Assembly: GCA_041494705.1 (NCBI GenBank)
Contig: JBGQBI010000002.1
Location: forward strand, 180,001 to 212,000
Source: Candidatus Methanoperedens sp.
GTDB lineage: Archaea > Halobacteriota > Methanosarcinia > Methanosarcinales > Methanoperedenaceae
Reading direction: 5' to 3'
DNA: 32,000 nt
This document shows positions 8,504-16,303 of the stretch, in pieces (position 1 is the first letter of the stretch; each line of letters opens with the position of its first letter). Below the pieces are notes generated by a model. It ran no database searches. It had not been told where the DNA came from and saw only the letters and a program-made list of their open reading frames with translations. A program made the translations under genes and the position numbers.

Positions 8504-8611
8504 GAAGTTTTTGCTGGACCAGTAGATATAATTGTCGTGAACGACGGGTCGCTTTTTGTGAGCGATGATAATGCAGGGAAGATATACAGGATTTATTACA
8601 CCGGCAAGTAA
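8504..8611 (+). pseudogene. Start-less 35-codon C-terminal relic resembling the end of a PQQ-dependent sugar (glucose/sorbosone) dehydrogenase or beta-propeller protein.
   Basis: The frame opens directly after a TAA at 8501-8503 and reads ESFAGPVDIIVVNDGSLFVSDDNAGKIYRIYYTGK*. It contains no start codon. The GPVD...DGSL.VSDD..G.IYRI.Y pattern is the typical C-terminal blade of that family, recalled from memory. Confidence 0.4.
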
Positions 8612-8622
8612 ATACAAGTACT

Positions 8623-9720
8623 ATGTCCTTGTCTGAAATCATAAAAGAAAAAATCCGGCGGCATGGCCCTATCTCTTTTCGCAATTTCATGGAAATGGCG
8701 TTGTATTATCCCGGGCTTGGTTATTATACCTCTTCCAGAGAAAAAATCGGAAAAACCGGGGATTACTATACAAGTCCCAACCTGACACCAGTTTTTGGGG
8801 AAATAATAGGCAGGCAGCTTGAAGAGATGTGGCGCATTCTTGGCGGGAAAGAGTTCACAATCGTAGAGATGGGGGCTGGCATGGGTCTTCTTTCAGGCGA
8901 TGTCCTTGCATATCTAAAAAAAAATGAGGAACTGTATGAAAACCTGAATTACTGCATAATCGAAAAAAGCCCGGCAATGCGCAAAGAACAAAAAAAGTTA
9001 CTTCGCGAAAAAGTTACCTGGCATGATTCAATAGAAGAGCTTCGGGGAATCAGGGGGTGCATTTTCTCAAACGAGCTTGTGGATGCGTTTCCAGTGCACC
9101 TTGTTGTGATGGAAAAAGAACTGATGGAAGTCTTTGTTGATTATGAGAACGGTTTTATTGAGGTATTAAATCCCGCATCAGACGAACTTAAAGATTATTT
9201 TGGTGAGCTTGGAGTGGTTTTACCGCATGGGTACAGGACAGAGGTAAATCTTGACGCGATAAAATGGATAAAAGAAATCGGGGCATCTCTGAACGTTGGA
9301 TTTGTCATAACAATAGATTACGGCTACCCGTCTTTTGAATTATACCAGGAATACAGGAACAGGGGAACCCTGATGTGCTATTATAAGCATACCACGAATG
9401 AGACGCCGTTTGAGCATATAGGGGAGCAGGATATTACGTCCCATGTGAATTTCTCGGCGCTTGAACACTGGGGCATCAAAAATGGGCTGGAACTGTGCGG
9501 TTTCACAGACCAGTCGCATTTCCTGATGGGACTTGGGATTGAAGAATACCTGGAAAAGCTGAAGGAGAATGAACCTGAAAATTATCTTAAAAAAATGCTG
9601 CCTGTGAAGACGCTGATGATGGAGATGGGTGATACCTTCAAAGTCCTGATACAGAAAAAAGGAGTGGATTGCAACGAGCTTTCAGGATTGAAATACCGGA
9701 GCAGGTGGCAGATTAAGTAA
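8623..9720 (+). CDS. Class I SAM-dependent methyltransferase, DUF185 / MidA (NDUFAF7-like) family.
   Basis: The N-terminus has GPISFRNFMEMALYYPGLGYYTS, followed by the EMGAGMG SAM-binding loop and SNELVDAFPVH. Confidence 0.8.
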   Translation: MSLSEIIKEKIRRHGPISFRNFMEMALYYPGLGYYTSSREKIGKTGDYYTSPNLTPVFGEIIGRQLEEMWRILGGKEFTIVEMGAGMGLLSGDVLAYLKKNEELYENLNYCIIEKSPAMRKEQKKLLREKVTWHDSIEELRGIRGCIFSNELVDAFPVHLVVMEKELMEVFVDYENGFIEVLNPASDELKDYFGELGVVLPHGYRTEVNLDAIKWIKEIGASLNVGFVITIDYGYPSFELYQEYRNRGTLMCYYKHTTNETPFEHIGEQDITSHVNFSALEHWGIKNGLELCGFTDQSHFLMGLGIEEYLEKLKENEPENYLKKMLPVKTLMMEMGDTFKVLIQKKGVDCNELSGLKYRSRWQIK

Positions 9721-9725
9721 TCAGG

Positions 9726-9747
9726 AAAAAAATAAATAAAAAATAAA
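9726..9747 (-). terminator. Oligo-T tract (minus-strand sense) immediately downstream of the small desulforedoxin-like ORF.
   Basis: The minus strand reads TTTATTTTTTATTTATTTTTTT, beginning 12 nt after the TGA at 9761-9759. Archaeal terminators are oligo-T runs. Confidence 0.4.
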
Positions 9748-9758
9748 TTCAGATATTA

Positions 9759-9974
9759 TCAGCAGACCAAACACATCGGTTCATCGCAACAGAGAATTGA
9801 CCCCGCGCTGTCTTCTACGCAGACTACCTCGCTTCCGCAAACTTCGCAGTAATAAATCTCTCCCTTCTTTGCTTTGCTTTTGCAGGTTTGGACGTGGTAG
9901 TCTTTGCTACAATTTTACTTCTTTTTTGAAGAAGCAGGCTTTTTGGTGGATTTGGATTTTGTTTTCTTTGCCAT
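9759..9974 (-). pseudogene. Small 72-codon frame with a lysine-rich 19-codon leader, an in-frame TAA at 9917-9915, and a 51-codon desulforedoxin-like Cys-rich domain.
   Basis: My hand translation of the minus strand gives MAKKTKSKSTKKPASSKKK-TAA-NCSKDYHVQTCKSKAKKGEIYYCEVCGSEVVCVEDSAGSILCCDEPMCLVC-TGA. A strong SD, AGGGGAGGG, lies 7 nt upstream of the ATG at 9974. The Y.C..CG..V.V......G.L.CC.E.M pattern matches the desulforedoxin / Dfx N-terminal domain. No ATG, GTG or TTG occurs in frame after the TAA. Confidence 0.45.
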
Positions 9975-10111
9975 AAATTTTCCCTCCCCTTGAATTATAT
10001 GTTATGTTTTAATTTAACAATACTGTAATTTATACATATCGGTCAAAACTCTTAATTATCATTTCCTGTCATGACAAAAGTGATATATTTGATAAAACTA
10101 TTTACTGGATT

Positions 10112-10834
10112 ATGATACTTACCCCTTTTTTATATGGAAATGAGGAAACTATCGGGTTGCACGTTATCATTTCAAATATATTCTGGTGGGCTTCCCTTGT
10201 CCTGGTCATCACAGCATACAGGAACCGGAACCTGTGGAATGTAGGTGACATGCCGTGGACTTTTTTGTTTTTAACCTTCCTATTTTTCGGAATCCGCGAA
10301 TTAGGCCACCTGAGTAGTTCACCTTTGATTGCTTCCGTACGATATGTTTTCGGAATATGGGCTGCAATTTTTATGGCTTCTCTGTTTATCTACCTGTATA
10401 TTTTGATATGCCAGAGGAAAACAATTCCAAAGATTGCAACATATCTTCCGTTTGTTCTTGCTCTTCTGTTCCCGCTTGTCATGCTTTTCCTCTTTTTTGC
10501 CGGAATTAAATATGATGAGATGGAAAATATCATGTTTTCAATAGAAAATCTCGTATGGATAGCGGGAAGTTCAATAACCATTTTAACAACCTACATGCTC
10601 GGAACCCGGGCAACGGGAGGATTTGTAAAAGTATATATGTTATTCCAGATAGCGGCAATTTTCGCTCTTTTATGGAAATTCCTGGGTCTCATAGCAAGTA
10701 TGGGCTGCACAATACCCTATTCTATCAGAGAAACCCTTGAAACGCTTTTTGGGGTGTTTGCGATAATATCCGTATACGTATTGACAAAAATGCTAAAATC
10801 GTTAGCAAGGCACATTCACGGGCGATTAACATGA
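10112..10834 (+). CDS. Integral membrane protein of unknown function with about 7 predicted TM helices.
   Basis: The 240-aa ORF shows seven hydrophobic stretches of about 20 aa by eye. I recognise no catalytic motif. Its stop overlaps the next start as ATGA at 10831-10834. Confidence 0.7.
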   Translation: MILTPFLYGNEETIGLHVIISNIFWWASLVLVITAYRNRNLWNVGDMPWTFLFLTFLFFGIRELGHLSSSPLIASVRYVFGIWAAIFMASLFIYLYILICQRKTIPKIATYLPFVLALLFPLVMLFLFFAGIKYDEMENIMFSIENLVWIAGSSITILTTYMLGTRATGGFVKVYMLFQIAAIFALLWKFLGLIASMGCTIPYSIRETLETLFGVFAIISVYVLTKMLKSLARHIHGRLT

Positions 10835-11244
10835 CTACCAAAGCTGAATTATATCATCTTGCACTTGAGCAACTGGAAAATTCTACGGGTGATATTTTAA
10901 GCTCCGCACTGGTGACTGATGATGGGCTGATTATGGCAAGCACGACTTCAGGAGACGTAAACAAAGAAACCTTTGCGGCATACTGTGCGGCAGCGTTCAA
11001 ACGCGCCAGTGAGACTATGGAAGAACTTTCCAGCGAGAATATCGATACATTGCTTTTTGAATCCAAAAATAACCGCATCGTAACCGTGCGTGTTGGGGAA
11101 CATGCCCTTCTGGTAGTGTTGACCAGTAAGAATGTCCAGATGGGGCTTGTACTTATCAATATGCAAAGGACTGCCCAGAAAATAAAGGAATTAAGTGAAA
11201 CAAGTATTTTCACACCATCCGCGGTATTGGCGATAGCGTATTAA
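10831..11244 (+). CDS. Roadblock/LC7 (MglB-like) domain protein.
   Basis: The 137-aa ORF contains GDILSSALVTDDGLIMASTTSG...ETFAAYCAA, which matches the Roadblock/LC7 core pattern (G...A.LV..DGL.IAS). Confidence 0.75.
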   Translation: MTTKAELYHLALEQLENSTGDILSSALVTDDGLIMASTTSGDVNKETFAAYCAAAFKRASETMEELSSENIDTLLFESKNNRIVTVRVGEHALLVVLTSKNVQMGLVLINMQRTAQKIKELSETSIFTPSAVLAIAY

Positions 11245-11267
11245 CCAATTAACGAATCTGGAACGCA

Positions 11268-11813
11268 ATGAATAGGACGCAAGCTAAAACCAAAATATGG
11301 CTGGTTAACAATAAGGAAGAGCCGATTATGGGAGAAGGGAAGGCTGCTCTTTTAAAAGCTATAAATGAGGAAGGGTCGCTGAACAAAGCATGCAGGAAAG
11401 TGAAAATTTCATATAAACATGCATGGCTCCTGCTTAAAGAAATTGAAGAGAGCGCAGGTGAGCCTGTGATAATTAAAAAACGGGGTGGAAAAGCTCAAGG
11501 CACATTCCTGACCGAAAAAGCCATAAACTTACTTGATGAATATAATACATACGAAGTAATACTTGCACAAACCGTTTATGACAAAACTTTCTGGGAGGTG
11601 ATTGGGTTGAAAATCTCTGCAAGGAACCAGATGAAAGGCAAAGTAATAGAAGTTGAAAAAGAAGGTCTTATTGCAAAGGTTAAGATTTCTATCGAGCCAA
11701 CAACGATAACAGCGGTCATCACGAAAGAGGCTGCTGATGCTCTTGCAATCAAAAAAGATGATAAAGTACTGGCGGTTGTAAAGGCAACAGAAGTGATGAT
11801 CGGGAAAGAATGA
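11268..11813 (+). CDS. modE: ModE-like molybdate/tungstate-responsive transcriptional regulator with an N-terminal HTH and a single C-terminal Mop/TOBE domain.
   Basis: The N-terminal part, LLKAINEEGSLNKACRKVKISYKHAWLLLKEIEE...RGGKAQGTFLTEKA, is ModE-type. The C-terminal part, ISARNQMKGKVIEVEKEGLIAKVKI...VKATEVMIG, is a Mop/TOBE fold signature. Confidence 0.8.
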   Translation: MNRTQAKTKIWLVNNKEEPIMGEGKAALLKAINEEGSLNKACRKVKISYKHAWLLLKEIEESAGEPVIIKKRGGKAQGTFLTEKAINLLDEYNTYEVILAQTVYDKTFWEVIGLKISARNQMKGKVIEVEKEGLIAKVKISIEPTTITAVITKEAADALAIKKDDKVLAVVKATEVMIGKE

Positions 11814-11880
11814 CCGAATCTTTTTCTTAATTAAAATATTAAGAGCGGCACAACTTTTTCGAAACTTTTATTAATTAGCA

Positions 11881-11900
11881 TTATGTTTGAGTGAACATAA
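11881..11900. promoter_or_regulatory. Inverted repeat TTATGTT-N6-AACATAA abutting the tupA SD. It is a candidate operator or translational hairpin.
   Basis: The 7-bp arms at 11881-11887 and 11894-11900 are perfect. They lie 12 nt upstream of the tupA ATG and just downstream of the ModE-like gene. This is an AT-rich short word, so a chance occurrence is plausible. Confidence 0.25.
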
Positions 11901-11912
11901 AGAGGCAATAAT

Positions 11913-12797
11913 ATGAAGAACATTTTTGCTAAAATAATTTTAGTTTCGATTTTAATATCGCTATTTGCCGGCTGCGTCCAGCAGGCACCGACTGGAAATA
12001 CAACATCCCCGACATCGACAGCATCCGCTCCGCAGGATTTGCACCTGGCTACGACCACTTCCACCTGCGATACAGGATTGCTCGACGTGCTGAACAAGAA
12101 ATTCGAGGATGAAAATAACGTGAAAATTCTGACTGTATGTGAGGGAACGGGCAAAGCTATAGCTACGGGTGAGCTTGGCGCTGCGGACGTTGTGATGGTG
12201 CACGCAGTCCAGGCTGAATTAAAAGCAGTTGCCAACGGGAGTTTCATAAACCGCAAATACATGATGTACAATTATTTCGTGATAATCGGACCTGAGAACG
12301 ATCCGGCTGGAATAAAGAATGCCAGCAATGCTACGGATGCCTTCCGCAGGATAGCCGCAAAGCAGTCTCCCTTCATATCACGCGGCGACAACTCGGGCAC
12401 AGATATAATGGAAAAATCAATCTGGAAAGCTGCAAACATCACGCCTGCTGGAACATGGTATCAATCAGTTGGCAAAGGCATGGGTGAGACCATCATAACA
12501 GCCGACATCAAGAATGGCTATACCCTCTCCGACAGGGGAACATTCCTTGCAATGAAGGATAAAATAAAACTGAGGCTCCTTTTTGAATCTGACCAGAAGT
12601 ATCTTTTCAACCCGTACCACGTCATGGCTGTGAACCCGGCGAAGTTCCCGAACGTGAAATACGACCTTGCAATGAAATATGTCAACTATACGACATCTCC
12701 GCAGGGACAGGATATCATAAGGAATTACGGTAAGGACAAATACGGTGAAGCGCTTTTCGTGCCCGAGGAAGATGCTGGCAACGTGACAAGTCCATGA
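11913..12797 (+). CDS. tupA: Tungstate ABC transporter substrate-binding lipoprotein, TupA family.
   Basis: A signal peptide with the lipobox LFAGC is present. TupA-type blocks follow: TTTSTCDTGLLD, GTGKAIA.GE.G.ADV..VHA, YNYFVIIGPENDPAGIK, ISRGDNSGT and YTLSDRGTFL. Confidence 0.85.
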   Translation: MKNIFAKIILVSILISLFAGCVQQAPTGNTTSPTSTASAPQDLHLATTTSTCDTGLLDVLNKKFEDENNVKILTVCEGTGKAIATGELGAADVVMVHAVQAELKAVANGSFINRKYMMYNYFVIIGPENDPAGIKNASNATDAFRRIAAKQSPFISRGDNSGTDIMEKSIWKAANITPAGTWYQSVGKGMGETIITADIKNGYTLSDRGTFLAMKDKIKLRLLFESDQKYLFNPYHVMAVNPAKFPNVKYDLAMKYVNYTTSPQGQDIIRNYGKDKYGEALFVPEEDAGNVTSP

Positions 12798-12903
12798 AAA
12801 TAGTTCCATTGAGGTGACCGGTTTGAATCACGCTGCTCCCCATGTTTGCATTCATTCAGATTATGGTAACCCATTCAAAGCGCAGGCTGGAAGGGATATT
12901 TGC

Positions 12904-13494
12904 ATGGATGATGTCATAAAGAAAATCACCGATACCTATCTTCTTTTCCAGATAGAGCGGGTGAGTTCATTCCACGGATACCTGAGCACAGGCGCATTCA
13001 TCGGCATCCAGATGCTAAACATCGCAAGAAGGGTGCTGGATGCGAATGTCGGGGAGCAATTGTATGTCACCTGTGAAACGTATAATTGCCTTCCAGACCC
13101 ATTCCAGATTCTTGCCGGGTGCACCATCGGGAACAAGAAACTGAAAATCAGGGACTATGGCAAGATGGCTGTCGTGGTCAACAAGAGGGCGCCAGAGGAC
13201 CAGAAGTTTGTCAGAAGCGTCAGGATAGTGCTTGATCCTGCAAAAACGGCACAATATCCGAGATTTCACGAGTGGTACATGAAAACCGGAAAAGTCTCTC
13301 ATGAAGAGGCAATCTCTGTGCTGATAGATGCCGGGGAAAGTGTGTACACATACGAAATCATGGACATCGAATTGCCGGAAAAACCAGAAAAACGCATAGC
13401 TCTATGCGACAAATGTGGCGAGAGTTTTGTCCGAAAAAATGATGGGGCCCTATGCCTCGCCTGTATGGAAAATATTGGAGTATTAAAGGAGTAA
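12904..13494 (+). CDS. fwdE: FwdE/FmdE-family protein with a C-terminal zinc ribbon.
   Basis: The FmdE core FHGYLSTGAFIGIQMLNIARRVL is present, with a C-terminal CDKCGESF...CLAC. ATG 12904 is preferred over the GTG at 12814 used by the track. Confidence 0.75.
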   Translation: MDDVIKKITDTYLLFQIERVSSFHGYLSTGAFIGIQMLNIARRVLDANVGEQLYVTCETYNCLPDPFQILAGCTIGNKKLKIRDYGKMAVVVNKRAPEDQKFVRSVRIVLDPAKTAQYPRFHEWYMKTGKVSHEEAISVLIDAGESVYTYEIMDIELPEKPEKRIALCDKCGESFVRKNDGALCLACMENIGVLKE

Positions 13495-13497
13495 TAT

Positions 13498-14526
13498 ATG
13501 AAAGAGGTAGTGTTTGAAACAAAGGAAGATAAGACCCTGGTATATCTTCCGGAAAAGTGTATAGGATGCGCAACATGCACAATGATTTGCCCTAAAGACG
13601 ACCTGGTGATAGGTTCGGTGGGAGCGGTGGCACGTGGGCTTATCAACAAGGACTTTCTCCAGAAAGGAAAAGGTGGATGTCTTGTATGCGGCATGTGCTC
13701 AAAGGTATGCCCCACAGGCGCGCTTGAGGTAAGAAAAGCGGGTAAAGTGGAGATGGATGACTCCTATCTCTACGGCGCCTTAAAACCCACTGTGGTTGAC
13801 GAAAAATGCGTCCGCTGCGGGATGTGCGCTGAGGTGTGCCCGCAGGAGTGCATAGAAGTACAGAAGCGCAAACTTGCCCAGGATGGAAGCCTTGGCATGG
13901 ACGGAAAAACCATCATCGACCAGAAATGCTGCGTGCACTGCGGCTGGTGCGCCTCGATATGTCCGGTTGAAGCAATAACAATGGAGAAACCATTTTCAGG
14001 TGAATTTTCAAGAGATGAGAATGTATGCCAGGCATGCCACACCTGCGTGGAGACATGTCCGTGCGATGCCCTGTTCAATAAAGAATGGAAAGCCGGGGAA
14101 AGGGTTGAGAAAGTGACGCACAGGAAAGATGCATGCATATACTGCGGCGCATGTTCTGTCGCATGTCCGGTGGGAGCGATAACTGTCAGGAAGACCGCTA
14201 TCCTACCCGACATGAAGAAAAAGCAGGTATTTGAGAAAAAGCTCACTGCGGAGCCGACTCCACGACCAATGCTGACCTCGACACTCATCACGGACGAAGA
14301 GGCATGCCTTGGCTGCGGCAACTGCGTTATCGCCTGTCCTGTCAACTCTTTATCAGACCCTTATCTTGCAGCAGGACATCTCAATGAACTCGATGGGAAA
14401 CCGCTGCTTGAGGTTGAGAACGGCAAGATTAATGTGGTAAATCAGGAAGTATGCGGCTCATGCGCCACATGCAGCCTGATATGTCCAACTGATGCGATAC
14501 GGCTTGAGAAAAGGGAGGTGGCGTAA
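13498..14526 (+). CDS. fwdF: Polyferredoxin with eight [4Fe-4S]-type motifs, the FwdF-like subunit of formylmethanofuran dehydrogenase.
   Basis: I counted eight CxxCxxCxxxCP motifs in 342 aa: CIGCATCTMICP, CLVCGMCSKVCP, CVRCGMCAEVCP, CVHCGWCASICP, CQACHTCVETCP, CIYCGACSVACP, CLGCGNCVIACP and CGSCATCSLICP. Confidence 0.85.
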   Translation: MKEVVFETKEDKTLVYLPEKCIGCATCTMICPKDDLVIGSVGAVARGLINKDFLQKGKGGCLVCGMCSKVCPTGALEVRKAGKVEMDDSYLYGALKPTVVDEKCVRCGMCAEVCPQECIEVQKRKLAQDGSLGMDGKTIIDQKCCVHCGWCASICPVEAITMEKPFSGEFSRDENVCQACHTCVETCPCDALFNKEWKAGERVEKVTHRKDACIYCGACSVACPVGAITVRKTAILPDMKKKQVFEKKLTAEPTPRPMLTSTLITDEEACLGCGNCVIACPVNSLSDPYLAAGHLNELDGKPLLEVENGKINVVNQEVCGSCATCSLICPTDAIRLEKREVA

Positions 14527-16298
14527 TGCCTGGTACAATGGTTATAAGAAACGGATATGTCTTCGATCCGTTAAATGAAATTGACGGGGAAATAAAGGAT
14601 ATTTTTATAAAAGACGGAAAGATAGTGGAAGACCTTACTGGCAGCGGTCTTCGGGATGCCAAGATAATTGACGCGCATGGCAAGACCGTGATGCCTGGCG
14701 GTGTTGACTCGCACTCTCATGTTGCCGGCGCAAAGGTGAACGCAGGAAGGATGATGTGTCCTGAAGACCGATACAAATGGGTGACAAAAAAGACAGACCT
14801 AACCCATAGCGGGAGCGGGAATACTGTGCCATCGGTGTACGTCCAGGGCTATGATTATGCAAAAATGGGATATACAACAGTCTTTGAAGCGGCAATACCT
14901 CCGATGGAAGCGCGGCATACCCATGAAGAGATGCGCTCAACACCAATACTGGATATGGGCGGGTATCTTGTGCTGGGCAATAACTGGTTCATAATGCGCT
15001 ACCTCAAGGCAGGGGATATTGAGAAAGCCGCCGCGTATGTGGCGTGGATGATGAGGACGCATAAAGCCTACGGGATAAAGTGCGTTAATCCTGCGGGCGT
15101 TGAGAACTGGGGCTGGGGAAAGAACGTGAGTTCGCTGGATGAGCCAAACATTCACTTTGGCATCACTTCCAGGGAGATCATTCACGGACTTGCAGAGATA
15201 AATGAAATGCTCGGAATGCCCATGTCGCTGCATCTTCATGCAAATAACCTGGGGCATCCGGGATGCTGGGAAACTACAAGGGATTCTCTTGAAGTGACTC
15301 GCGATGTGAAGGTCAAATGCAACATGGATGTAGAATGGCAAAAGACAAAAATCGACCCGAAGAGAACCCAGAGCGTTTATCTGGCACATGCCCAGTTCAA
15401 CTCGTTCGGCGGGACCTCATGGGGGGATTTTGAGTCCGGGGCAAAAGGTATTGTAGATTATGTAAACAAGTCTGATCATGTCGTAATTGATAACGGCGCT
15501 GTTCCCTTCGGACCGGCAACAGTAATGACAGGAGACGGGCCTGCGATACATCATCTTTACAAGCTCACCGGCAACAAGTGGTCTAATAAGGACGTTGAGC
15601 TTGAGTGCGGTTCCGGTATACTTTCATTTAATTACCTGAAAGCAAATCCGGTACACAGCGTGGAATGGGCTATCGGGCTTGAGCTTTTGCTTCTTGTCAA
15701 TGATCCATGGAAGACCATCCTGACCACCGACCATCCTAACGGAGGGCCATTCACCAAGTACCCGCAAGTAATCACATGGCTCATGTCAAAGAAAGCCAGG
15801 GAGGCTACTTTTGCCGAATGCCATAAGTGGGCGCAGGACAGAAGCAGCCTTGGAGGCACTGACCGCGAAATGACACTCAATGAGATAGCAATCCTCACAA
15901 GGGCAAACCCTGCAAGGACCGTGGGGATAGCACACAGGAAAGGACATCTCGGAGCAGGAGCGGATGGGGATGTGACCATATACGACTTCGATCCGGCGAA
16001 ATTTGATGTAAATGACTATACAAGGATCATACGAGGGTTCCAGAATGCCGCCTATACAATAAAGGACGGCGGGGTTGTAGCGCAGAACGGACAGATAATG
16101 TCAGTTCCACATGGCAGGACATTCTTCAGCGAAGCTCATATGGATGATGGGATTGAGAAAGAAATGTTAAAAGACGTTAAAGAGTGGTTCAAGTACTACA
16201 CTCTGGGCTTTGCAAATTACCCCGTGCCCGATAAGTACATTCGCAACCCTGCGCCTGTGCAGGTAAACAAACCCCTTGAAGCGATCGTGGGGAGGTGA
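14526..16298 (+). CDS. fwdA: Formylmethanofuran dehydrogenase subunit A (amidohydrolase).
   Basis: The 590-aa ORF has the metal-binding motif MPGGVDSHSHV and FwdA-like length and layout. Its ATG overlaps the fwdF TAA by 1 nt. Confidence 0.92.
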   Translation: MPGTMVIRNGYVFDPLNEIDGEIKDIFIKDGKIVEDLTGSGLRDAKIIDAHGKTVMPGGVDSHSHVAGAKVNAGRMMCPEDRYKWVTKKTDLTHSGSGNTVPSVYVQGYDYAKMGYTTVFEAAIPPMEARHTHEEMRSTPILDMGGYLVLGNNWFIMRYLKAGDIEKAAAYVAWMMRTHKAYGIKCVNPAGVENWGWGKNVSSLDEPNIHFGITSREIIHGLAEINEMLGMPMSLHLHANNLGHPGCWETTRDSLEVTRDVKVKCNMDVEWQKTKIDPKRTQSVYLAHAQFNSFGGTSWGDFESGAKGIVDYVNKSDHVVIDNGAVPFGPATVMTGDGPAIHHLYKLTGNKWSNKDVELECGSGILSFNYLKANPVHSVEWAIGLELLLLVNDPWKTILTTDHPNGGPFTKYPQVITWLMSKKAREATFAECHKWAQDRSSLGGTDREMTLNEIAILTRANPARTVGIAHRKGHLGAGADGDVTIYDFDPAKFDVNDYTRIIRGFQNAAYTIKDGGVVAQNGQIMSVPHGRTFFSEAHMDDGIEKEMLKDVKEWFKYYTLGFANYPVPDKYIRNPAPVQVNKPLEAIVGR

Positions 16299-16303
16299 AC
16301 TTT

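Noticed and set aside
13770-14345. Long antisense ORFs inside fwdF, fwdA, fwdC, fdhD, tupB and others, for example 13770..14345, 16189..16686 and 18864..19532 on the minus strand.
   Set aside because: Each is fully contained within a confidently identified plus-strand gene. Their compositions are biased and low-complexity, rich in S, P, A and R. They are typical shadow ORFs in moderately GC-rich coding sequence.
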